Origin: an uncultured virus (IMG/VR IMGVR_UViG_3300010391_001807)
Lineage: Duplodnaviria > Heunggongvirae > Uroviricota > Caudoviricetes
Strand: one strand, 5' to 3'
Virus record (IMG/VR): IMGVR_UViG_3300010391_001807
DNA length: 64,000 nucleotides
The translations under genes and the position numbers were made by a program. Below the pieces are notes generated by a model. The model did not search any database and was not told the DNA's origin. It worked only from the letters and a program-made list of their open reading frames with translations. Of the stretch, positions 1 through 9,314 are shown in pieces (the first letter of the stretch is position 1; every line of letters starts with the position of its first letter).

Positions 1-1614
1 TGTTCCCAAAACTCCACGGGTATTATTATATCCCCATGTCCAAATACTACCTGCAGAATTAACACCAGCAGCATATTGATAATGAGCAGATATTTGACTA
101 AATGATAAATTACCAGCAACTATTACTGGAGATGTGATAGATTGATTTAAATAACTACCCTCTCCTAAATAACGCCCCATACCCCATCCATAAACTTGAC
201 CATTACTATTTCTAATAAAATTACAAAAACGTGTCATGTATATATTGTCGCCATAAAAAGATTGGCTAGTAATACCATCATTATATATGCCACTAGCTGG
301 TGCCATAGCATTCTTTAACCTTTGTGTTTTATTAATAATTTTATTATTAGTGTTGTACCAATATTCAGTAGTATCAGGATTATATACTGTAATAACCCCA
401 CCCAATATCTTCAATCCAAAACCGATCCCACCGGCTTCAGGAACAACTGTAATTGTTCCTGTTAATGCTGCCCTGCCCAAAGCATGAACGTCTATTTCTC
501 CCATCAATGCTCTGATTCCATAATGAATTATGGCTCCAGGATCTATCTCAACTACTATTTCTCCATCTAATAAAGATCTTCGATAACCCAAAACCGAAAG
601 TTTGCCTTCTATGTCCTTTGTCTTAGCCTCAATGAGATAAACATTCAAATAACCCGTGCCGTCTACATATGCAGGAGACTGCTGTTTATTAATGGTGAAA
701 ACACCTTTATAAATGGGCAGCCCGCCCAAACTATCTACATATGATGCCTGTTGACTATATAAATCAATGGAACCAGGAAAAATGACATCAAAATATACCG
801 CAGTAGTACTAGGAATGAGCTTACTTGCAATAATTTGTAAATAGACCTCTCTACTTTGATTCCCCACTCCATCATACCATTGCTGAATGTCAGCGGCAGT
901 CAAATTATAGGTGTCGCCAATGGCATAAGGCACTGTACTACACACTGCCATACCATCATAATTAGGCTTTAAACGCCTAAATTGACTATCATCAAAGAAT
1001 AATACACTAAACTGCGTTGCAGAATAAGGCCGAGTATCACGATAAACAGCATCTGTTGATGATGCCGATACCGACGCCATCATAATCCCATTATCCATGG
1101 ACAATGGACTAAAACTCATGGTAAATTGAGCAATCAATGGATATATTCTAGAAGAATCATTTAACCATACTTCGGGAATGGTTAATGAGATGGTCCATTG
1201 GCCCCTACCTAAATCATCTATGTTAATAGTAGGAAGTAAGCCACTGCCACCTATCTCATCGACCACATTATGAATGATAAGGCTAGCGATGCCTATCTCA
1301 TCCTGTTTAACCGCAATCAAACTGTCCGACTCTTTCACTAAGGCGATATCATTATCAAACTGAAATGTAAAATTAAATTCATTTTTATTATTATCTATGA
1401 TTATTATTTTTGTATCTATTAATTGATTGCCAAATTCATTAATTATATTAACATTGTCATAGATATTAACAAATTTAATGCTGTTACCAGTAATAATGTC
1501 TTGGAAATTACTTCTTCCATCTGGGAACATGATAAAATAGTTCAGTCTGTCAGACAAAACCTGATACATTGCAGATTGGGGTTCGTGAATCACATTATAT
1601 AGACGGTCTGGCAT
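1..1614 (-). CDS. Partial large tail/baseplate protein with RCC1-like repeats (runs off window start; missing from ORF track)
   Basis: ATG at 1614 after RBS GAGG (MPDRLYNVIHEPQ...). The same frame at the left edge reads NSNGQVYGWG...SPVIVAGNLSFSQISA...NSAGSIWTWGYNNTRGVLGT, typical of RCC1/BLIP-II repeats. Both ends were translated; the middle was not checked codon by codon. Confidence 0.8.
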   Translation of the reverse strand, partial: MPDRLYNVIHEPQSAMYQVLSDRLNYFIMFPDGRSNFQDIITGNSIKFVNIYDNVNIINEFGNQLIDTKIIIIDNNKNEFNFTFQFDNDIALVKESDSLIAVKQDEIGIASLIIHNVVDEIGGSGLLPTINIDDLGRGQWTISLTIPEVWLNDSSRIYPLIAQFTMSFSPLSMDNGIMMASVSASSTDAVYRDTRPYSATQFSVLFFDDSQFRRLKPNYDGMAVCSTVPYAIGDTYNLTAADIQQWYDGVGNQSREVYLQIIASKLIPSTTAVYFDVIFPGSIDLYSQQASYVDSLGGLPIYKGVFTINKQQSPAYVDGTGYLNVYLIEAKTKDIEGKLSVLGYRRSLLDGEIVVEIDPGAIIHYGIRALMGEIDVHALGRAALTGTITVVPEAGGIGFGLKILGGVITVYNPDTTEYWYNTNNKIINKTQRLKNAMAPASGIYNDGITSQSFYGDNIYMTRFCNFIRNSNGQVYGWGMGRYLGEGSYLNQSITSPVIVAGNLSFSQISAHYQYAAGVNSAGSIWTWGYNNTRGVLGT

Positions 1615-1627
1615 TTCTTAACCTCAT

Positions 1628-4600
1628 CTAACTTGATATTAACCAATTGTTATTGCTTAGTACATACACGCCCGTGGGCGAACTTAACCTTCCCAAGCCC
1701 CATTCAGTAATTACATCTTGGGTAGTATCAATTTCAAAAACTCTACTATTCAAACTACTATTCGTTTCATCGTTTTCTACTACGATTATATTGCCACTGA
1801 CTAGAGGGAATGCATGCACGGGCGTAAACTTAGGTGTATAACTAAGCAAAACAGCCTGGGTCAAAGGCACAATCTGCATAACCTTCTTCATCTCTGGACT
1901 GGCACAAATCAGAGTATCATCAGCCTGTAAAACGGCATTGCCGCCTCTTGGATAATCAAATGAGACCAAAGTATTCAAGAGACTCCACGCCACGCTTTCA
2001 TCATTACCAAGATTAAGAACACTAAGACTATAATCCTGGGCAATGATATAATTATTATCCCCATCTTTTTGGGCTGATAATGGGTATTGGACATTGGCAT
2101 AAATAACATCAGCATCATCAACAATGACAGTGACAATCTCACTATTCCCATCCACATCAATGAGAGTTACGGAATCAATCGTACCATCGGCATCAAAATC
2201 AAAGGTATTTGTTTCGTCGGTAATGGCCGTTGAAGGAGCCTCCGAAATTACAACGGTTTTAATCTCTCCCGGCAATGATTGAGTCACTAATTCATCAATG
2301 GCCTCAGTAGTTGTGGCAGCAGCAGAAACAGGTGCGGCTGGAGTGATACTTCCAGTACCCCCACTAGGATTTACTCCTGGTGGCTGAGGAGACTGAGAAC
2401 TGGTAGAACCCGCTACGCCGGAAAGAGCCCCTTTACTGATTAATAAAATCTTCGCTGCAGCCCAACTATCCACCTGCTGTTTCCGTGCTGCCCCTAAGGT
2501 AATCATCAGAACGGCTGATTTCGCACTAGGATTAGGCACCGTCTCGAAAATACCATCATCATCAGTCAAGAATTGGATGGAATTACTACGGTCTACTGTG
2601 GTAAGAGTAAATTTATCTTTGACAAACGAGCTATTAATGTTTTGACTAAAAGCCACATATATTTTACCTAATCTGTCATTGTATATGGCCGATAAGGCCA
2701 CAAAATCTCTGGCTGCGGCTGGTAAATAAACATTCCCCTGTATTCCGAATACCAAATCACCATTGAAATCAATTTCCAAAACTCTATCGTTGTAAGTATC
2801 AGCAATCAAAAACCCTTCTTCCAAAATCGCTAGACAACGAGGATGTCTGAATCCTCCTCCTGATTTAGCGAAAACTTGACGAGGGCTAGTATAAACTGTT
2901 GAACCATCAAAATTCAAAGTAGGGACCACATGTTTATCTTCATCAATGACCTTCAAAGTATTACCCTCAAGGAAATACATGGCATTAACCAAATCAGAAC
3001 TAGTTAATTCAATGTTATCTGGGTTGGTTAGAATGGAGATATTGATTAACTTTAATGCTTTAGCAAATTCAACGGCTGTAGAAAAACTCTTAGAATTAGA
3101 AGTTGAAGCAATAGTATAATATAAAGTAAGATAATCTAAACTTGGAGTGTATCTTCGGTCTGAACTTGCCCCAAATTCTAATAGAATGTCTATATATTTA
3201 TTATCATCACTCTGAACTATATGGTCAATAGGAGAAACTAAATCTGGAGTAGTCTCGGGCAAAAATGCAGCAGCAGACGCAGTAATGGTTTTAACTGTCA
3301 AATAAGGCACCGTCACAATGTTTGGCACCGTAGGAATGGTCACGCCCCAGTATACATAATCAAACTGTGTCATTAAAACTTGTGAAAATCTAAAATAAAC
3401 TATTCCCTTGTTATAATGATATAAATCATTATAAACATATATTACAATTTTACCCTCATTAGGGACGCTATAAGGATCTTGGAGCATCAATAAATCTTTT
3501 ACTCGGGTATCCATATCCGCATATAACGGCTGATGCAAACTAAATTGATAGTCATTAATGACATCCCATCCTTCATCAGTCGTAATGAAAAAACCAAACC
3601 CTTGAACCGCATTTCTATTTACATACTGTAATAAATCTATGTTTACAACTTTAATGTCATCAACAATGCCACTAGTTTGTTCCACGGTGTCTAAAATTTG
3701 AACTGGATAAGAAATATCAATGGTGTAGGCACTATTATTGACAGATGCCGTGTAGTTAATTCTCTTGGTAGGATAGTTAGGATTATTATGTGATGCCCCA
3801 ATCAAAAAGAAATAAATCTTACCATGATTTAAAACATTTGGATCAACTAATTTAATTCCAAATTGTAATTTATTGACAAAGGTTAAATCTATAGATGTGG
3901 GTGTAGTCCCTGACCACAATCTATAAAACTTGTAATAATTAATGGTGGCTTGAATGTCAATCACGGCATCAGTAACTGGTTTAGTGGTAGTTATTTCAAT
4001 GTGTTCATCCCAATATTGGGTTGGTGAAGTTGTTCTGTTATATAAAGTAGAAAAAGACAATGGAATGCCTAGCTCCAATTTGCCACCGCTAGTGATTTGT
4101 AAATTGGAATTTTTGCCTTGATAATCGTTATTATAAACTGTTGTGAATTCATTGGTACCATTCCAAGTAATAAAATCAGAAGTAGATGGCGATGCTTGCA
4201 AACCAACAATTTGATGATGGGCGGTGTCTATCAAAGCGGTCGTTCCAACATGATCCACATAACTGTCATCAGTAACGCCTGGAATATAGAAGAATGAGTT
4301 CAGCAAATATTCATCAAAATTAAGATAAATGGCCTTATGAGCCAAAATATCTCTCAACCAGTTGCTCATTGCTACTTCAGACAAATGTTCGTCAACATTC
4401 AACTGTAGATTGGTGATGATAGTATCAATTTGGTCGTGAGTTAAAACTCCACGGTTAGCCAAGGTATTATGACTGATTTGTTCTATTCTATCTTTACTAA
4501 TCTTGCCAGTTGTAATTTGCGAGGCATCTAATGAGCTATCAATGAAAACCCCTGGTAATTTCCCTGAAGTATGCAACCTTAAGTTGATTTTAGGAGGGCT

Positions 4601-5146
4601 CGTCCCGCCAGTATGCACATGAGTATTAACCAAATTAGAAATAGAACCAAAGACATTAATAACATTCCTATTGGTTTCATTTCTAGAGGCAATGATATAT
4701 TTGCCACTAGAGTCAGTTTTCATGACAAATGATCCCATGTAAATGTAATCTAAATTACTCTGAGGGACTGTAAAGGCTTCAAAAGTAATGCTTTTATCAT
4801 AGGCTGTGGTATCAGTCTCATAACCATAGACAAAATACTGGGCTCCATCTACGGCCATATCTACGCCAGTAGGCAATATTAATGGCAATGGGTAAGCATC
4901 AGTTGTCTCGGCATATTTTAATCCCACAAAACCATGCCCAACAGTGATATAAACAATGGGATCTGTAGATGGGGCATGCCTATCATCAATTTGCCATCCG
5001 GTTATAGCCCCGTTATTGAACATGAGATAAATCGCAGCGAGCTGGGTCTCAAGAGATTCCCATCTTTCTCGATCTTTTTGAGGATATTTTGCTGTGCTGG
5101 TACCGGGGTCTGCGTACCAGTAATGATAAATAGGAGTATCAGACAT
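1628..5146 (-). CDS. Large virion/tail-associated protein with C-terminal NHL/beta-propeller repeats
   Basis: 1172-aa ORF with FRHPRCLAILEEGFLIADTYNDRVLEID and SRVFEID...LSSPTGVYVLSNNNWLIS propeller repeats; HVHTGG fibre-like motif near the N-terminus. Confidence 0.65.
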   Translation of the reverse strand: MSDTPIYHYWYADPGTSTAKYPQKDRERWESLETQLAAIYLMFNNGAITGWQIDDRHAPSTDPIVYITVGHGFVGLKYAETTDAYPLPLILPTGVDMAVDGAQYFVYGYETDTTAYDKSITFEAFTVPQSNLDYIYMGSFVMKTDSSGKYIIASRNETNRNVINVFGSISNLVNTHVHTGGTSPPKINLRLHTSGKLPGVFIDSSLDASQITTGKISKDRIEQISHNTLANRGVLTHDQIDTIITNLQLNVDEHLSEVAMSNWLRDILAHKAIYLNFDEYLLNSFFYIPGVTDDSYVDHVGTTALIDTAHHQIVGLQASPSTSDFITWNGTNEFTTVYNNDYQGKNSNLQITSGGKLELGIPLSFSTLYNRTTSPTQYWDEHIEITTTKPVTDAVIDIQATINYYKFYRLWSGTTPTSIDLTFVNKLQFGIKLVDPNVLNHGKIYFFLIGASHNNPNYPTKRINYTASVNNSAYTIDISYPVQILDTVEQTSGIVDDIKVVNIDLLQYVNRNAVQGFGFFITTDEGWDVINDYQFSLHQPLYADMDTRVKDLLMLQDPYSVPNEGKIVIYVYNDLYHYNKGIVYFRFSQVLMTQFDYVYWGVTIPTVPNIVTVPYLTVKTITASAAAFLPETTPDLVSPIDHIVQSDDNKYIDILLEFGASSDRRYTPSLDYLTLYYTIASTSNSKSFSTAVEFAKALKLINISILTNPDNIELTSSDLVNAMYFLEGNTLKVIDEDKHVVPTLNFDGSTVYTSPRQVFAKSGGGFRHPRCLAILEEGFLIADTYNDRVLEIDFNGDLVFGIQGNVYLPAAARDFVALSAIYNDRLGKIYVAFSQNINSSFVKDKFTLTTVDRSNSIQFLTDDDGIFETVPNPSAKSAVLMITLGAARKQQVDSWAAAKILLISKGALSGVAGSTSSQSPQPPGVNPSGGTGSITPAAPVSAAATTTEAIDELVTQSLPGEIKTVVISEAPSTAITDETNTFDFDADGTIDSVTLIDVDGNSEIVTVIVDDADVIYANVQYPLSAQKDGDNNYIIAQDYSLSVLNLGNDESVAWSLLNTLVSFDYPRGGNAVLQADDTLICASPEMKKVMQIVPLTQAVLLSYTPKFTPVHAFPLVSGNIIVVENDETNSSLNSRVFEIDTTQDVITEWGLGRLSSPTGVYVLSNNNWLISS

Positions 5147-5199
5147 TATTCACCACTTTTTGTGATGGCATTATACATTCTATTAACGGTTAATTCCCC

Positions 5200-5560
5200 T
5201 GACATACTCCCTATGCTAAAGCAACGAGGGTTCTTGCGGCTTAGAAGCCGCTGAGACCTGTCCGGCCTCATATTTTCTAAAACCAAACATCTTGATATTT
5301 TTAGCAGCCAATGTGTCTCTGTCATGTATTTCTCCACACGCTTTACATACCCATTCTCTATCTTATAGTGTCAATCCTTCATTTTTCATGCCACAAATAC
5401 TACTATAATTTTGGTTCTCAACGATATTAGTCGTCAGCTTATGAAGAAAATCTCTCCTTGTATTTTTAACCTTTCTATAAATATTTCCTACTATTTGCTT
5501 TTGTTTTTGATAATTTTTAGAATCTTTGTTTTGTTTTCTACTCGGTTTTCTTGCAGCAAC
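5200..5560 (-). pseudogene. tnpB: Decayed IS200/IS605-family tnpB remnant with transposon right end
   Basis: Minus frame reads [83 protein letters not shown], with in-frame TAA at 5363-5365 and the central RuvC segment missing. It ends GAACCCTCGTTGCTTTAGCATAGGGAGTATGTCA, resembling IS605-type right ends. Confidence 0.8.
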
Positions 5561-5562
5561 AT

Positions 5563-5799
5563 CTATAAACCATAACTTTTACCTATTTCGGAAGTTTCGG
5601 TCCCAAAAACCCCCACCCCCCAGGTATCTCTACCAAAAACGAAACCATCCATCTGTAAGGCAGCGGTCCCTGGTGTCGGACGCAATTCCCTAAACATATC
5701 ATAAGTAATGGCACCATGTTGAGGCCTTAAAAATGATTGCTGTGCAAAATTTCTTGATTCTCTGGCAACAATTAAATCAGCTATATTTGTAATCGGCAT
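5563..5799 (-). CDS. Small hypothetical virion protein
   Basis: 78-aa ORF translationally coupled to the upstream gene. Confidence 0.6.
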   Translation of the reverse strand: MPITNIADLIVARESRNFAQQSFLRPQHGAITYDMFRELRPTPGTAALQMDGFVFGRDTWGVGVFGTETSEIGKSYGL

Positions 5800-8700
5800 T
5801 ATGATCCTCCTGTCATTGTAAATGGTGGAAATAATAAAACATCAAATTGCGAAATCAAAGCCCCATCCGCAGCCTTATAAGAAATGGTTGATTTTTTTAG
5901 TAATGTTTGAGAATATACTATCCCGCCTAGATTTACATTAATTATACCATCAACACCTACATCAATTATTCCATAAACCGTCATTCCCTCAATGGAAACA
6001 TCAGGCCTCATCAACCACCATAGACGTGATGAGGTATAACCTTGCAGAGAGGCAATATCTGGCAACATGGTTGGAAGTGATCCCAATAATCTCTTCTTAT
6101 ATCCCACATGACCATATTCAGTCGAGATTCCCATCCCTTTTCTTTGAATTCCTATGATGGAAGGATCAAGGCCAGTATTATCAGTTAATAAATCAGCACT
6201 ATATTTCTTCAAACTATTCCATCTCGGATTCGTCCCAGTATATTTCATTGCCACACCATCAACTCGGTTGGAACCAATGGAAGTTAGATGTGAGACCAAG
6301 GCTGAAGTGTTCGAAATTTGCGTATAGGCAGGGGCATTACCAACGCACAATAACGGTAACCCTGCCTCTAGTTCACTTTGATCCGTAATTTCAGATCTAA
6401 CTATTGGTCTCCTATCTGAAACTAAACTACTTCCTTTCCTAACTCTAAGAATGAATGTCCCGTTGTCTCCAATGGTCGGATCAAAATAAAATAAAGGTAA
6501 TGCTCTAGGATTATGCATGACATCTAAAATATCACTCAACCCTTGATATAAATTAGAACCAGACTTCACTTCAAAGGCGGTCCCTGATAATGGTAAAAAT
6601 CCGAAAAACATTTCACCATAACCACCAAATTCAGCGTAACCATCCCAAGTGATTTTATCGGGATTATCCAAAACACTAGTTGATGGGTCTATCCATTTGG
6701 GTTTAAATTGCCCTATCCAGTTATTTAGATCATCAACGACCACGAACATATTCCCATAATCAGAGGCTTGCATTAACATACAAAGGGCAGTATAATAACT
6801 TACTCCATCAAATCTTAAGTTTGTTTCCAATAAGAAATCTTTTAATAATCTCATGAAATCTTCGCAGTGTATCTTAAAATAAACATTTCCGCCTGGGCCG
6901 AAGGTAAGTTCAGTTTTAATAGTGAGTCCAGTAAATACTACCCCTGGCCTAAAAACATAAGGTTTCAAGGTATCTGATACGGCCTGACCATATGATATAT
7001 ATCCAGCGGATTTAATTTGAATGACCATCCTATTTTTAGAAACAACATCAATCAGCCATCCTGGAGGATTCACTAATGTAACAACCGCTGAAGCTTGTAA
7101 GATTTTATAGTCCTTTTCTGTAGCCCAATTGACAGTCCATTCAGTAACATATGGAGAGATAAGTTTTTCAGGAGAAAATTTCAGTTTGTTTTGATTATTC
7201 CCCTTGGCCTTAAAGCCAAATAATATCGGTGTAGTAAAGGTAGTGAATACCTGCCAAAGAATACTCAAACTAGATGATGGGTCCCCTTGATTTAATATTC
7301 CCATATCCCCCGTTAAAGTACCATCAGCCCCTTGTAAACCCGCTCCTATATTATACTTTACAACAATTGGTAAGACCGTATGAGTACCAACCAGGTTTCT
7401 ATTATCTAAAATACATTGCGGCCAGCCAGAATCCTCTTTCCACTGTTTGTCAGGATTATTTAGTCCCACATTAGATAATGAATCTTTTAGTTGTCTAGGG
7501 TGATAAGTCTGAGCTTGGAAAGAACTTACTACGTCTTCCAATAATTCTGTTAAGTGATTAGGTGAATATGTCGAAAAATTTGCCACCCCATTTATTTTTA
7601 CAAAACCAGTAATAGGCCAGTTAGGATCAAATCGAATATTATTGATGTCAGGGTATAAAGTAGAAGTATCCAATATAGGATTCGAATTCACTATATTCTT
7701 GACTGCAGTAGCGGGGAGGTCAGTTGTTCCCAAATTTAATTCTTGTTGGGCGGGGTCCCAAGAATTATAATATACTGGCATGAATGAGAAATCAGCAACA
7801 CAATTCATCACAAACATACTAATATTAGGATTATCAGTCCAAACCCCATGAGGACTAGAACCTGTTCTTTTTAAATTAGCTTCAGTATCATAAGCCCGAA
7901 TAAATTTAGCTTCTTGATCATTCAATTGTACCATCATGGTTAGTCCAATATATTCTACCTTCAATCTAATATGTGAACCTTGTTGAAAATTAATAGCAGA
8001 ATTGGCCAAATAAACTTTAACATTTCTATTACCATTATAATAAACTAAATATGGTATTTTATTACCAGCACAATGAACTGAGAAAGCCGAAAGAAAATTT
8101 TGCGTACTTTTAGCCGCATAAACTTCTTGTTGGGGGCCTCCCCACATGATGCGAATGGTAGGACTACCGCCGCCGCCTTGGAAAAAGGCTCCTCTGGGTG
8201 TCTCGGCAGAAATGTCAATCTCCATTAAAAATCCCACATTGGCCCTCTCATCTTTATTAGTATTATTAATATTAGTATTAGTATTATTAATATTATTTAT
8301 ATTTCTATTTTCATTACCAAAAAGACCATCCCATTTGTCTTTTTGGCCTGCATAAAAATGTCTTACGTTTGAATTATGATCAATAAATGGAAATATCCAA
8401 GGATAGGCACTATCTACACCAATATCTTTGTCCATGGGGGCCACTCGGTACATCAATGCCGCCGCTCTATTCGCATTAACCTTCACCTTCATGCTTCCCA
8501 CTCCTCCGCTTTGTGTGGCTGTGGCTCCTGCATAACGACTATCACCCCACCAAGGACCATAATTACGAATATATTTAACATTTGAGATGGCAGATGACAT
8601 CTTCCAAATATTATGTACCCGAATACCCATATCTTTAATATATTGTTTATAGTTAATATCATCCCCGATAGTATCTGCGATAGTTAACACGCTTGAAGAT

Positions 8701-9248
8701 GATGGTATGAATGGAGTATCATTAAATAACTCTTGTTGAACAACATTCTGTGCGGTTTGTTGTGTAGTATCAATGGGCGGCAAAAATGAAAAACTTCCAG
8801 TCCCAGTATCTGTACCAGCCGTTGGTTGAGATGGGGCTACGCCCCCACCAGATAAACCAGACAATGAAATATATTCACTACTAGCCGGAGCATAAGTCTC
8901 ATCGGCAATCGTCAAATCTGGGGCTGATGATTCTGGTCCCAAATAACCAAAAATTAAAGTCTGTTGAGGGGCATCTGGTAATTGATTAATATGTAATTTA
9001 TAAGCACCAAGGGGTAGCAATGGTTCCCATTTCACAGTATTCGCCTCAAAACCCGAACTCCAATGGTCGGCAGGATACACTCTAGCCGCTTCGGAGTTTT
9101 GTTGTGATGAAAGATTATTTATCCAAGCTTCTTGATAATTATTTTGGATTGTTCCGTCATTATCGTAATACATAAACTTAAGAACCACTTCAGATTTGGC
9201 TCTACCTATGTCTCTTAAGGCCCAAGATTTGCTTGTGTCAGCAGGCAT
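5799..9248 (-). CDS. Large virion protein, possibly baseplate hub-like
   Basis: 1149-aa ORF in the tail module; C-terminal half (VFTGL...IHCEDFMRLLKD) is reminiscent of hub proteins; upstream promoter motif. Confidence 0.5.
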   Translation of the reverse strand: MPADTSKSWALRDIGRAKSEVVLKFMYYDNDGTIQNNYQEAWINNLSSQQNSEAARVYPADHWSSGFEANTVKWEPLLPLGAYKLHINQLPDAPQQTLIFGYLGPESSAPDLTIADETYAPASSEYISLSGLSGGGVAPSQPTAGTDTGTGSFSFLPPIDTTQQTAQNVVQQELFNDTPFIPSSSSVLTIADTIGDDINYKQYIKDMGIRVHNIWKMSSAISNVKYIRNYGPWWGDSRYAGATATQSGGVGSMKVKVNANRAAALMYRVAPMDKDIGVDSAYPWIFPFIDHNSNVRHFYAGQKDKWDGLFGNENRNINNINNTNTNINNTNKDERANVGFLMEIDISAETPRGAFFQGGGGSPTIRIMWGGPQQEVYAAKSTQNFLSAFSVHCAGNKIPYLVYYNGNRNVKVYLANSAINFQQGSHIRLKVEYIGLTMMVQLNDQEAKFIRAYDTEANLKRTGSSPHGVWTDNPNISMFVMNCVADFSFMPVYYNSWDPAQQELNLGTTDLPATAVKNIVNSNPILDTSTLYPDINNIRFDPNWPITGFVKINGVANFSTYSPNHLTELLEDVVSSFQAQTYHPRQLKDSLSNVGLNNPDKQWKEDSGWPQCILDNRNLVGTHTVLPIVVKYNIGAGLQGADGTLTGDMGILNQGDPSSSLSILWQVFTTFTTPILFGFKAKGNNQNKLKFSPEKLISPYVTEWTVNWATEKDYKILQASAVVTLVNPPGWLIDVVSKNRMVIQIKSAGYISYGQAVSDTLKPYVFRPGVVFTGLTIKTELTFGPGGNVYFKIHCEDFMRLLKDFLLETNLRFDGVSYYTALCMLMQASDYGNMFVVVDDLNNWIGQFKPKWIDPSTSVLDNPDKITWDGYAEFGGYGEMFFGFLPLSGTAFEVKSGSNLYQGLSDILDVMHNPRALPLFYFDPTIGDNGTFILRVRKGSSLVSDRRPIVRSEITDQSELEAGLPLLCVGNAPAYTQISNTSALVSHLTSIGSNRVDGVAMKYTGTNPRWNSLKKYSADLLTDNTGLDPSIIGIQRKGMGISTEYGHVGYKKRLLGSLPTMLPDIASLQGYTSSRLWWLMRPDVSIEGMTVYGIIDVGVDGIINVNLGGIVYSQTLLKKSTISYKAADGALISQFDVLLFPPFTMTGGS

Positions 9249-9285
9249 AATAAATCAATTCCTTTAATAGTTGTTACTATATACA

Positions 9286-9313
9286 ATTATTGTTTTCGCA
9301 AGATTCTACCTGC
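9286..9313 (-). promoter_or_regulatory. Conserved phage promoter motif GCAGG-N19-TAAT
   Basis: GCAGG tagaatcttgcgaaaacaa TAAT upstream of the 9248 start; one of 11 copies. Confidence 0.7.
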
Positions 9314-9314
9314 A

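Noticed and set aside
5146..5337. 63-aa ORF in the track
   Set aside because: It overlaps the tnpB relic in a different frame and has no convincing RBS
5353..5380. Twelfth match to the promoter motif (GAAGG-N19-GAAT)
   Set aside because: It lies inside tnpB-derived coding sequence and may be coincidental, so it was not counted; co-option cannot be excluded
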